64,000 nt of DNA, taken from NCBI GenBank assembly GCA_963740495.1, contig CAVUEK010000009.1, positions 80,722 through 144,721 of the forward strand. The letters are read 5' to 3'. Positions 8,840 through 19,129 of the stretch are shown piece by piece. How positions within the stretch are numbered: the first letter of the stretch is position 1; each line of letters starts with the position of its first letter. The notes beneath the pieces were generated by a model, which did not search any database, was not told the origin of the DNA, and worked only from the letters and a program-made list of their open reading frames with translations. This DNA comes from an uncultured delta proteobacterium (GTDB lineage Bacteria > Myxococcota_A > Polyangia > Polyangiales > CAVUEK01). A program made the translations under genes and the position numbers.

Positions 8840-10677
8840 GGCCGGGCAGGATGGGTTCTGACCCCGTCTCGGTCAAGGAGAGCCGGCCCGGAGCAGGCCC
8901 CCGCGTCGAGCTCCACGAGCCTCCCGTCGACCTCCACGTACGCGCTCCGCTCCGGGTGCGCGCACGCGAGCTCGACGTCGCGCGCGCCGAGATCTCGCGC
9001 GAAGAGGATCGGCGCGTCGAGGTCGGGGCCGACCGCCCAGAACGCGCGCTGGTACTTTCCCTCGACGAAGACGAGCGCGGGGCGCGTGAGCTCCGCGCGC
9101 GCATGCGCCACGACGCCCCCGTCCTGCGCGTACACGGTGCGATAGTAGACTCCGAGCCCCGGCAGGACGGATACGAGACCGATCGCGACACAGACGACCG
9201 CGCCGCGCGCGACGTGCCCGGCGCCCGCCCCGGCGCGGAGCGCCGACGGCAGGGCGAGCGCGGCGAGTGGATAGAGCCCGACGCTCGCTTCGAACATGTA
9301 GCGTGGACCGAACGTGAGGTCCTGGAAGTACCACCCCGCGTAGATCAGGATCGCCGACACGAGGCCGCCGCCGAAGAGCCACGTGGCGGGCGTCGAGCGA
9401 TGCTTCGCCCACGCCCAGATCGCGAGAGCGAGCCCGGGAAGCGGGAGCGGCAGAAGATAGAGGTCGAGCGCGTTCGCATTTCGGAGCGAGTACTCGAGCC
9501 CTCTCCACGCCGTGTGCGTCTGACCCATCGACTCGACGAACCCGTAGTGGAGGTGGGGATAGCCGACGGCGTAACCGAACAGAAGCGGATCGCCCGTCGT
9601 CCGTCGATTGAACTCCAGCTGAAGCGCGCACACGCACGCGGCGGCCGCGGCGAGAGCGAGCGATGCCGGCACGACGCGCGGGGCGCGTGCGACGAGCGCG
9701 CGATGCGCGAGGAAGAGCGCTACGGGCAGGTTCAGCGCTGCGCACGTCAGCGGCTTCGTGTCGAAGAGGATCCCCGCGCCGAGCCCTGCGAGCGCGCCGA
9801 GAGCGAGCGCGACCCCGAGCGAGGGTGACCTCGCCGACGAGGTGAGGCGAACGACCGCGTAGAGCTCGAGCGCGTACGCGAACGCGGCGGTCGAGTGGTT
9901 CATGTACTCGGCGCTCATGTACGCGACGAACGGCGAGAACGCCGCGAGCCCTGCAGCGACACGGGCGGTCCTCTCGCCGAACGGGATGCGCGCGGTCGCC
10001 CAGACGAGGACGCACGTACCGGCTCCGAGGAGCGGGTTCACGAGAAACGGAGCACCGGCGAGCACGCCGACGGCGAGCGGCAGGATGTGACCGAGCGGGT
10101 AGATCGAGTACCAGCGCCCGTGCGCCTGGATCATGTTCTCCGCGAGGAAGAAGTCGCCGAGCGGCGGCGTCGCGGCGGTGAAACGTCCGCTCGCGAGCAG
10201 CCTCGCGTGCCAGAGCTGCGCTTGGCTGTCCTGGATCACGGGGACGAAGCGAAAGACGAGCCAGCCGAGCGCGACGTACGACGCGAGCGAAAAGAAGAAG
10301 AGCGCGAGAGCGAACCGCGCGCCTGAGACGCCGAGCGCGCGCTCGTACGCGCGCTTCGCGAGCGGCACGAGGCGATCCGCCGGCGAGAGGAACCGGGCCG
10401 CGAGAATCCACGTCGACAGGAGCCCGAGGCCCGCGAGGACCAGGCCGAAGTCGCGTGCGCTCGGAAGGAACGTGAGAAGCCCCGCGAAGAGCGGCCATGA
10501 AAAGCGACGGGTCGGCTCGACGCGACGGGCGATCACGCGGGTCACGAGCCCGAGGAGGACCGCGAGCGCTGCCCAGACCGCCAGGTAGATCTGCCAGTGG
10601 TGCTCGCTCCCGTGAAAAGCGTCGAGCGGAAGGCGCGCGTCGAACGTGGCGTGCGCGTCGGCGTGCTCCTCGGGCAT
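8836..10677 (-). CDS. GT-C fold membrane glycosyltransferase (GT39/PMT_2-like)
   Basis: Multi-TM; QDSQAQ loop, WYSIYPLG, FGPRYMFE. Confidence 0.72.
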   Translation of the reverse strand: MPEEHADAHATFDARLPLDAFHGSEHHWQIYLAVWAALAVLLGLVTRVIARRVEPTRRFSWPLFAGLLTFLPSARDFGLVLAGLGLLSTWILAARFLSPADRLVPLAKRAYERALGVSGARFALALFFFSLASYVALGWLVFRFVPVIQDSQAQLWHARLLASGRFTAATPPLGDFFLAENMIQAHGRWYSIYPLGHILPLAVGVLAGAPFLVNPLLGAGTCVLVWATARIPFGERTARVAAGLAAFSPFVAYMSAEYMNHSTAAFAYALELYAVVRLTSSARSPSLGVALALGALAGLGAGILFDTKPLTCAALNLPVALFLAHRALVARAPRVVPASLALAAAAACVCALQLEFNRRTTGDPLLFGYAVGYPHLHYGFVESMGQTHTAWRGLEYSLRNANALDLYLLPLPLPGLALAIWAWAKHRSTPATWLFGGGLVSAILIYAGWYFQDLTFGPRYMFEASVGLYPLAALALPSALRAGAGAGHVARGAVVCVAIGLVSVLPGLGVYYRTVYAQDGGVVAHARAELTRPALVFVEGKYQRAFWAVGPDLDAPILFARDLGARDVELACAHPERSAYVEVDGRLVELDAGACSGPALLDRDGVRTHPARP

Positions 10678-10766
10678 CGGGCCGCGTTGAACACCGGCTC
10701 GACGGCGGGGTCAAGCCGATGAGCTGCGGCCACCCGTCCGCCAACCTTCGCGATACGCTCCCCCCG

Positions 10767-11280
10767 ATGCATGCACCGAGGATCACCGTCGTCGTCGTTC
10801 TGCTCATCGCCTGTGGCAGCACCTCTTCGCCGCCGCCGGACGAGGCCGGCGCCGAGAATGCTCCGACGGCGACGAGCGGGGGCGATGTCGAATCCGCCAC
10901 CGGCGGGGCCTCCGCGCCTCGTGCTCGAGGACGTAGACGCAATCGGTCCCGAGGGCACCGCGTTCGAGCTCCACGCGGACGGATCGGTCGTCGTCGGAGG
11001 AGAGGCGGTCGGAACGCTCGGCACCGACGGGCGACTCGAGGTTCCGGGCGAGGGCGTCGTGGCCGAGCTTCGCGCCGACGGAGGCCTCTACGCGCGCGAC
11101 CGGCGGATCGCGACAATCGACGCGAGCGGGCTGGCGACGCTCGCGGGCGGCGAGACGCTACGCTTCGGCCCGGACGGTGCGCTCGAGTGGGGCGCCGAAC
11201 GACCCGCGCTCCGGCTCAATCCGCCGGGCTCCGCGGCGGCCCGGGCGGCGCTCCTGCTCGTCATCGTGTTGATGTACTGA
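10767..11280 (+). CDS. hypothetical lipoprotein (frameshift ~10915)
   Basis: MHAPRITVVVVLLIAC lipobox in one frame, joined to short beta repeats (ELHADG, TLGTDG, ELRADG) in the next. Confidence 0.6.
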
Positions 11281-11284
11281 GAGC

Positions 11285-12455
11285 TCAGTCGAGCCCCGGC
11301 GCGCTCTTCGGCCCCCGAAATGGGTAGACGAGCTGGCCGAAGAACGTGCGTGGCAGCCGCTTCAGGGTCCCGTACTCCTTCGGCCAGTGCTCCTTCGGCA
11401 TGTGGAACGTCCCGAACACGAGGTCGAGCAGCGGCAGGTGCGCCGCGTAGTTCGTGTCAATCGCGGGCCGGTCCTTGCTGTGATGCCAGTGATGGTACTT
11501 CGGCGTCACGAAGAGATAGCCGATCGGGCCGAGCTCGATTCGGAAGTTCGCGTGGATGAGCACCGCCTGGAAGGCGACGATGATCACGTAGAGGTTCAGC
11601 GCTTCTTCGCGCGGGCCCAGGAGGTAGAGCGGCACCATCACGAGCGCGCGATGGATGATCGTCTCGAGGAGGTGCGTTCGGGAGCCCGCGAGCCAGTCGA
11701 GGTGCTCCGCCGAGTGGTGGACGGCGTGAAGGCCCCAGAGCCAAGGGATCTCGTGGTACGCGCGATGGACCCAGTATTGGACGAAGTCCGCACACAACAT
11801 GAGCAGGAGAACCTGCGCCGGCAGCCAGAGGCCCGAGACGAACGCCTGGACGTGCCCATTGACGGCCCAGCCGAACACGCTCGGAGCGAACCCGTTCACG
11901 ATCATGAGGAGCACGCCGAGGAGGAGGTGATTGACCGTGAAGTACCCGAGGTCGAGCTGCCACTCCGGCCTCAAGATCGGCTGCTCGCGATACTTCGGGA
12001 AGAGCTTCTCGAGGAAGATGAAGATGACGGTCGACTTGAGGAGGTCGAGCACCATCCAGTCGACGCCGATGCCCGGACCCTCTTGATGAACGGCTCGCTC
12101 GGACAGCGACCCGCCGACGAAGTACGCGGCGATGACCGAGACGACGCCGACGGCGCCCATCCACCTTCGCCCGGAGCTCCGCACGAAGTTGAAGAGGCCG
12201 AGCGCAATCGCGATCCACATCGCGGACCGCAGGATCGTGCGAAGCAGCTCGACGTCGTAGACATCGCGAAGCTCGCGCGTCGTGAGGAATCTCAGGGAAT
12301 CGGAAGCACGCCGCGCCGAGCAGCGCCATCACGCCCAGCAAGAGCGAGATCGCGCCGGAGATGCGCCCTTCCCCGAAGCGCAATGCGCGCTCCGGCATCG
12401 GCGGCACGACGCGCTCACCGTACTCGTAGCTGTCCCGCGGTGCGTCCTCGCTCAC
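11285..12455 (-). CDS. sterol desaturase / fatty acid hydroxylase family protein (frameshift ~12295)
   Basis: His boxes HRAYH, HAVHH, HHWHH; N-terminus ...LRFGEGRISG...CFRFPE in the adjacent frame; GTG overlaps the MMPL stop. Confidence 0.88.
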
Positions 12456-14960
12456 GGCGAGCCGATCGTAGCTCGCGCGCGCTTCCGTGTCGCGGCCAGC
12501 GCGAGCACGGCCGGAAGCGCGACGATCGCAGCGAGCACGCACGTCAGCTCGCTGATCGCCATCGCCGCCCCGAACGAGTTGAGCGCCCGGTTGCTGCTCA
12601 CGTAGAGCGAGATGTAGCCGACGATCGTGGTGAGCGAGCAGAGCACGACGGCGCCTCCGGTCGCTTCGACCGCCCGACGAATCGCCGCATCCGGAGCCTC
12701 GGGCGCCGCGGGGTCGACCGCCGCTTCTTCCTGCGAGATGCGTTTCATGGTGTTGACGCCGTAGTCGGCGCCGTTGCCGAACGTCACCGGGAACGCCACG
12801 AAGTTGAGGAAGTTCAGTCGGATCCGGAACGCCGCCATCGCACCGGCCATGAAGAGGATGCCCGCGAGGAGCGACGACAGAGTGAGGAAACGGTCGCGCG
12901 CCCGGCGAAACGCCAAGAGCACGAGGACGACCGTCACGGACAGCGCCGCGGCGACCGCCTTGGGCCCGTCCTTGCCGATCGCGCTGAGGAGATCGGCGAA
13001 GACCGGAGCGTGCCCCGACAGCGGTGGGCGCGTACCGTCGGGAAGCCGAACGGCGCGCATCGCTCCCGCCCACGCGAGCAGGTACTTCCCGTCCCATCCG
13101 TTCGCGCCGGGATAGTGCTCGACGAAGAGGATCCGTCCGAGCGAGCCGTCAATCTCGCGGAACATGCGCGTCGCCTGCTCGGGAAGATCGTCTGGGGAGA
13201 GCGGCAACAGGTCGGCCGGAGGAAGGTGCTCGTCGATCGTCGCCTGCGCCTCGGGGCTCGCGTGCGCCCGGAGCGCGAGCATCGTCTCGCGAATGTGAGC
13301 GAGCACTTCGATCTTGCGCTCCTGCTCGAGCGGCAGGACGTCGCGAATGCTCCGCGTGGGTCCGAGCACGAGGGGCCGCTCCTTGCGAACAATCTCGATC
13401 TCGTCCCTCCATCTTCCGAGCCATCTCCGCGCTCGGGAGGAGCACGGCGATGCTCGAGCCGGTCGCGGCCTGGCTCACGATCTCGCCTTGCCGGAGGTTC
13501 ACCCACGCGGTCCGGCTGTTCGGGTCGCGCTCCGACTGCAGGTTCCGGAAGTCGTACTCGAACGGATCCTCGATCACGAACTCGACGACCAATGCGAGCG
13601 ACGCGAAGCTCGCGACCACGGAGGCGATCACGACCGCTCGCGGGGCGCCAAGCGCGAGCCAGGCGAACGCAGCACCGAACGGGTTGCGATACGAGCCGCG
13701 GAGGTCGCGGCCCGGAAGGAGCCGTTCGCCGAGCGCCGCGAGCGCCGGCAGGAGCAAGAACGCGGCGAGCCACGAGAGCGCCATTCCGACGGCGCCAATC
13801 AGCCCGAAGTCGCGAAAGCCGCGAAAGTCCGTGATGACGAGCGATCCGTACGCCAAGCCGGCGGCGAGCGATGCCGTCAGCGTGGCCGCCCACGTCGACC
13901 GATGCGAGGTCGCGATCGCGTCGCGGACGCTCTCGCCCGCGCGGCGCGCCTCGAAGTAGCGGGCGAGCCAGATGATGTTCGGGTTGATGCCGTTTCCGAC
14001 GACGATGCTTCCGAGAAACGCGGTCGACGTATTGAGGAAGCCGACCATCGGTTGGGCGAGCGCGAACGTGACGATCACGGGCGGGACCAGCGCCAGCGCG
14101 AGCAACGGGATCGCGCGCACCCGACGAAAGAACACGTACACCGCGAGCAGGACGAGCACGACGGTCGCGACAATCGCGAGCGCGACCTCGGTGACGAGCG
14201 CGCGCACCTCCTCGAGGATGTCCATCGTGTCGCCGCCGTAGTCGACGCGAATCCCGTCGAGGAGCCCGTCGTGGCGCATGGAGGCTTCGATCTCTCGCAC
14301 GCGCTCCAGCAGATCCTCGGCGGCGAGCGCGTCGCCCGTGCCCGCATGCGTCCTGACGAAGACGACGACGAGCGGAAGCGAGCGATGGACGAAGTACCCC
14401 TCGGGATCGACGACCCTTCGCGCGCGCTCCTCCTCGGCGCGCTGCTGCAGGCGGTCTCCCAGAGCCTCGACGTCCTCGGGAGGCTCGCCTTCGAGATCCA
14501 CGTAGAACGGGTTCGCGCGCGCCCGCTCCCACTCGAGCCGCGCCTCGAGCGCGCTCTCGACCTCCTCGAGATCGCGCATCGGCGCGTAGAGATAGCGATG
14601 CTCCTCGACGAACTCGACGAGCTCGCGGACGTTCCACTCGACGGTCGCGACCTCGGGCAGGTCCTCCGCCTCGATGCGCTCCGCCATGGCCCGCGCCGCG
14701 CGCTCGAGCGCAGGGATCTGGGCGCGCGTCTCGGCGCCGAGCGCGATCGTGAACGTGGACTTGCCCTCGAATCGCCCCTCGATCCGGTGCATGTCGACCA
14801 CCGACTGCTGGTCGTCCGGCAGCAGCGCGGAGATGTCACCGCGCAGCTCGAGCTTCGCCACCAGCGGGAGCGACGCCGCCGCGAGCGCGAACGCGATCGC
14901 CACGATCGTGAACGGCCGCGCCGTCTGGATCGCAGCGAGCCTCTCCGCGAGAGCGTTCAT
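12452..14960 (-). CDS. MMPL/RND family lipid transporter (frameshift ~13380)
   Basis: Two periplasmic loop + TM repeats; GNGIN, DFRGFRDFG, GNGADYGVN, SLTTIVGY. Confidence 0.9.
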
Positions 14961-14963
14961 GAG

Positions 14964-16601
14964 CTACCGCCGGCGCGGTGGCGTCTCTCCGTGGATGAAC
15001 ACCCAGGTGCCGGCGGAGCCCTCTTCCGGATACACGCCGTGCCACCCCTCGGGCAGCTGCGGGTCGGTCCAGCCGAACAGCCATCGCGCGTCGCGGGGCG
15101 AGAGATTCACGCACCCGTGGCTCTTCGGCTTTCCGAAGAGGTCGTGCCAGAACGCGGAGTGTAGCGCGTATCCCTGCTCGTAGTACTGCACGTACGCGAC
15201 GTCCTGGATGCTGTACGGACCGTCGAACGCGTTGTCGCCGTCCATGGTGGTCGCGAGGTGCTTCGCGCGGATCCGGAACACCCCGGTCGGCGTCGGATGA
15301 TTCAGGTCAGGTGTTCGCTCCGAGATGACGATGCCCGTGGAGACGAGCGTCGCGAAGACCGGCGTGTCCCCTTCGTACGCGACGAGGGTCTGCGTCGTGA
15401 GGTCGACGTCGATCCACTTCTCGCCTTCGCCCACTTCTTCGGGACGCGCTCGCGCCTCGACGCGCGTCACGTCGGGCTCACGGTACGCGTGCCCATCGGC
15501 CGAGAGCCAATAACGCTGGCCGTGCTGCTCGTGCTCGCCGACGATCGGAAACGACGCGTGATACCCGGGCGCGCCGCGCGCGCGACGCAGCCGCCCGTCC
15601 TCGCGGAGGTCGTACGCGCCGACGTGCGACGAGAGTATCCACCCGTACGGCAGCGCGCGGCCTTCGTCGCCGAGCACGGCACCCTCGAACGTGCTCCCCG
15701 TCTTCAGGTTCAGCATCGCGTACGGGATGAACTCGTGCTGCTGCGTACGCCAATAGCGCCTCGCGCCCGCCCGGAAGTCGCGATCGAGGCTCACGTAGAA
15801 ACCCTTCATCATCCGCCGGAGCAGGATCGAGCCGCGCTCTCCGGTGAGGTCGGCGAGCGTCGGCGGACCCGCCGGCTCTTCGGGCTCCGGCTCCGGCATC
15901 GCGAGCTCGGAGTCGGCGTCCTCGGCGCCTCCGATGCCCGCCGGCGTCGAGGCGGGCGTGTCCTCGGCCGTGGCAGGCGGCCCCGCTCCCTCGACCACCG
16001 AGGGGGCTTGCTCCTCCGGGGGCTCGGCGCCCGGGATGACGTAGCCCTCGAACTCGGCGGCGTCTTCGTCGGTGGGAAGGCCACGATAGACGGGGACGTC
16101 GTTCCGTCGTGCGTACGCGTATTGATACGGCAGATCGGCCGCGCGATCCGGCTGAGCTGCGCGCACCTCCGGCAGGCGCCTGCCGTCGAACGCGATCGCG
16201 TCGTCCCCCGTGCACACGAAGCCGCCCGTCTCGAGCTCGTACCAGCCCGTGTCGCAGCCGTCGGACGCGACGGGCCGCGAGGTGCGGGCCGTGAGGACCG
16301 CCCCTCCGCGCAGGTACCCGATCCGGAACGCCTCGGGGTCGGGCGCCGTTCGTACCTGGACGACGAACCTTCGGGCGAAGATGCGCTTTTGTGGCCCCGG
16401 GTCCTCGGGCTCGACCGCGGCCGGCCCGGCCTGCGTCTCGGGGGGCTCCGCGACCTCCGTGGAGTCGGCCGCGACCGTCTCCTCTTCGCGCGCGCGGTCG
16501 CTGCACGCCACCGCGGCGACGAGCGCCGGCAGGACGAGAGCCTGGATAAAGAGTAGGGTTCGAACGCGCGTACCCATCGTCCGTGCGTCGGCTGATTTCA
16601 T
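14964..16601 (-). CDS. L,D-transpeptidase (YkuD domain), probable lipoprotein
   Basis: WIDVDLTTQTLVAYEG, TPTGVF, ALHSAFWH...SHGCVNLS; AVAC lipobox; start may be ATG 16578. Confidence 0.9.
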   Translation of the reverse strand: MKSADARTMGTRVRTLLFIQALVLPALVAAVACSDRAREEETVAADSTEVAEPPETQAGPAAVEPEDPGPQKRIFARRFVVQVRTAPDPEAFRIGYLRGGAVLTARTSRPVASDGCDTGWYELETGGFVCTGDDAIAFDGRRLPEVRAAQPDRAADLPYQYAYARRNDVPVYRGLPTDEDAAEFEGYVIPGAEPPEEQAPSVVEGAGPPATAEDTPASTPAGIGGAEDADSELAMPEPEPEEPAGPPTLADLTGERGSILLRRMMKGFYVSLDRDFRAGARRYWRTQQHEFIPYAMLNLKTGSTFEGAVLGDEGRALPYGWILSSHVGAYDLREDGRLRRARGAPGYHASFPIVGEHEQHGQRYWLSADGHAYREPDVTRVEARARPEEVGEGEKWIDVDLTTQTLVAYEGDTPVFATLVSTGIVISERTPDLNHPTPTGVFRIRAKHLATTMDGDNAFDGPYSIQDVAYVQYYEQGYALHSAFWHDLFGKPKSHGCVNLSPRDARWLFGWTDPQLPEGWHGVYPEEGSAGTWVFIHGETPPRRR

Positions 16602-16634
16602 GCACCCGCGCCCGCGTCAACCCGTCGAGCCGCG

Positions 16635-18011
16635 ATGCCGCTGAGCGCGCCCGCGAAAGAACGCTGGGGCGCCGCCGCCGGGCTCGCCGCGTCGCTCGCG
16701 CTCCACGCGGGGCTCTTGACGTGGGTGAGCTGGTCGAGGACCGAGCTCGACTTCGAGCTCACGCTCCCGGACGAGGTCGAGATCGGCCTGACCGAGGACG
16801 TGTTCGTCGTCGGCGGCGATCCGGCGGGCGCGGAGGCGCCACCCGCGCCGGCGCCCGCGGTGGCCGAGGCCGCCGCGGAGGCCGCCGCCGAGGCGGAGGC
16901 AGCGCGGGACGCGGGGGCGCGGGGGCCGAGGGACGCGGGCGTGCCCGACGCCGGCGGGACGGGCCAGGACCTCGTCGCAGAAGAGGAAGGCGCCGAGGGC
17001 GAGGGCGGCGCGGGCGGGGGCCAGACCGACGAGACACGGCTCCCCGCGGGAGCGCAGATCGCGCTTCGTCTCGACATGGAGCGGATCCGCGGCTCGTCGC
17101 TCGCGCCCGACGTGCGGCGGGTGCTCGGCGCCGTGCCGGACTGGCAGGCGGTCCTCGAGGGATCCGGAATCGAGCCGCTCGACGATCTCGACCGCGTGCT
17201 GATCGCGTCGCCCAACCTGCAGCGCTCGCGGATGGTGCTGGCGGGCCGATACGTTCCGGACCGAGTGGACGTTCGCGCCGTCATCGCACGGATGGCCGCG
17301 GCGCGAGGCACGACAGCCGAGATGCACCGCGAGCACGGGGTCGAGGTTGCGCCGTGGGCGAACGCGGACGACACCGAGCGTGTGATCGCGCTCGTCGGAC
17401 CGCGCCATTTCACGATCACGCGGCCGGAGGATTTGCCGAGGGTGCTCGCGATCGCGTCGGCCAGAGCCGAGCGCGAGCAAGAGGAAGCGGATCCGGGGCA
17501 CGAGCACACCGACGAGAACCCGACCGAGGCGCTCGACGGACCCGACGCGTTGCTCTCGATGGGCGAGGGCGAAGCGCTGAGCCTCGAGGTCGAGGGGGCG
17601 CGTCAGTTCGTGCGCGGACAGACGCGCGGCGCGCCGGCGAGGCTCCGGGTCGCCGTGACGGAGCGCGATGGGGGCGGTGTCGCCATCGACATCGAAGGCC
17701 ATTTCGACTCCGACGCCGAGGCGCGCGACGCGCTCGACTACTGGTCGGCGCTGCGCGACCAAGCATCGCGCGATGTGTTCGTCGCGATGACGGGAATGGC
17801 GTCGACGCTGCGCGGGGCGACGCTCGAGGTCGACGGGTCGACGCTACGCGGTCACACGACGATGTCGGCGTCGCAGATCCGGCTCGTCTTGAGCTTCGTC
17901 GAGTCCACATTGGCGCGGCAAGCGCGACGCCAAGGCGCCCCGTCGCCGACTCCGTCACCCTCGGTCTCGCCCACGGCCACGCCCACGCCCAGGCCCGTAC
18001 CTCCGCCCTGA
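16635..18011 (+). CDS. hypothetical membrane-anchored protein with TonB-like N-terminal helix
   Basis: AASLALHAGLL TM, Ala/Glu/Gly-rich linker, globular C-terminal region, PT/PS tail. Confidence 0.7.
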   Translation: MPLSAPAKERWGAAAGLAASLALHAGLLTWVSWSRTELDFELTLPDEVEIGLTEDVFVVGGDPAGAEAPPAPAPAVAEAAAEAAAEAEAARDAGARGPRDAGVPDAGGTGQDLVAEEEGAEGEGGAGGGQTDETRLPAGAQIALRLDMERIRGSSLAPDVRRVLGAVPDWQAVLEGSGIEPLDDLDRVLIASPNLQRSRMVLAGRYVPDRVDVRAVIARMAAARGTTAEMHREHGVEVAPWANADDTERVIALVGPRHFTITRPEDLPRVLAIASARAEREQEEADPGHEHTDENPTEALDGPDALLSMGEGEALSLEVEGARQFVRGQTRGAPARLRVAVTERDGGGVAIDIEGHFDSDAEARDALDYWSALRDQASRDVFVAMTGMASTLRGATLEVDGSTLRGHTTMSASQIRLVLSFVESTLARQARRQGAPSPTPSPSVSPTATPTPRPVPPP

Positions 18012-18296
18012 GCGCGCGCTGGCCCCCCTGGGCGCGGATCACAGGCGTCCGGCCGGTACGCGCCCGTCCGCGATGCCGGCCCGTTGCTCGAACAGAAACG
18101 GCGGCTCGAAGAGCTCGTAGAGATTGGGACGAGCTCCGCGAACACGGCGAGATTCCCGGCCGAGATCTCCTCGCTGACGCGCTCGGTGACCGTCGTCGCG
18201 ATGGGCGCGACGCCCGTCAGCCGGAGCAGCCTCGCGGCGGACGCGCCGGCGGCGTCGAACACCGGACGTAGCCGCGGAGATCATGCACCGCGAACG

Positions 18297-18330
18297 AAAA
18301 AAGGGCGCGAGGCTCGTGGCCGCGCGCCCT
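18297..18330 (-). terminator. rho-independent terminator of HU gene
   Basis: Minus strand AGGGCGCG...CGCGCCC hairpin followed by T6. Confidence 0.75.
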
Positions 18331-18354
18331 CTTCCGAATCTCACCGAGATCGGC

Positions 18355-18669
18355 TCAGAGAACCATTTCCTTGAGCTTCTTGAGCGGCGTCGCGCGGAGC
18401 TTCTTGCTCGCGGGAACGTCGCGCACGATGATCTCGCCCGTCTGCGGGTTACGGAACTTCTTGCCCTTCTGCGCCGGCGCCTTGCGCACCTTCAGCTTGA
18501 GCGCGAGCTCCGGAATCACGAACTCTCCGGGACCGCGCTTGCCGAGCTCGCGCTTGACGACCTCCCGAAGCCCTTCGAAGACCGCGTTGATGTCCTTCTT
18601 GCTCATGCCGGTCTTCTCGGCGAGCTCGCTCACGATCTGGCCCTTCGTCATCCGCTTGCCGTTTGCCAT
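18355..18669 (-). CDS. hup: HU family DNA-binding protein
   Basis: MTKGQIVSELAEKTGMSKKD...RNPQTGE...PASKKLRATPLKKLKE; strong SD AAGGAGG. Confidence 0.92.
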   Translation of the reverse strand: MANGKRMTKGQIVSELAEKTGMSKKDINAVFEGLREVVKRELGKRGPGEFVIPELALKLKVRKAPAQKGKKFRNPQTGEIIVRDVPASKKLRATPLKKLKEMVL

Positions 18670-18971
18670 GGTGACCCTTCCCTCCTTCGCACTGCTCTCG
18701 AGAACGTTTTGTTCGCTCGTTCGATCGGGCCGTGGTTCGAAAGGTCGCGGCCCCGAGTCGGCGGCCATCTATGCACTCTGGTCTTTCGGCTGACAAGGGG
18801 ATTCGCCGCGAAAACCGCCAAAAACGGCGGAAATCGCGCGCTCCCGCTCAGCACGGCAAACGATCGCCGCCGTTTCACGCGATCTCACAGGGCTGTCACG
18901 CGCGATCACCCCGAAAAAACGTGGGCCTAGCGCCCCCCGACGGCGCCGGGCACAACGCCCCGAGCCACAGG

Positions 18972-18980
18972 TTATCCACA
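18972..18980 (+). promoter_or_regulatory. perfect DnaA box 1
   Basis: TTATCCACA in intergenic DNA. Confidence 0.75.
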
Positions 18981-19119
18981 GTCGACCGCGACGCGTGAAC
19001 CACCGTCGCACGCGCCGCGAGCTGCGAAGCGCAAGCGCATGGGATCACGCGTGTAACTCGATGAGCCGGGGGGTGGCTTCTGCGGTCGCCACCCGGTGGG
19101 CCGGAGAGCGGCCCGGACC

Positions 19120-19128
19120 TTATCCACA
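19120..19128 (+). promoter_or_regulatory. perfect DnaA box 2
   Basis: TTATCCACA, same orientation, 148 bp from box 1; both continue GTC. Confidence 0.75.
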
Positions 19129-19129
19129 G

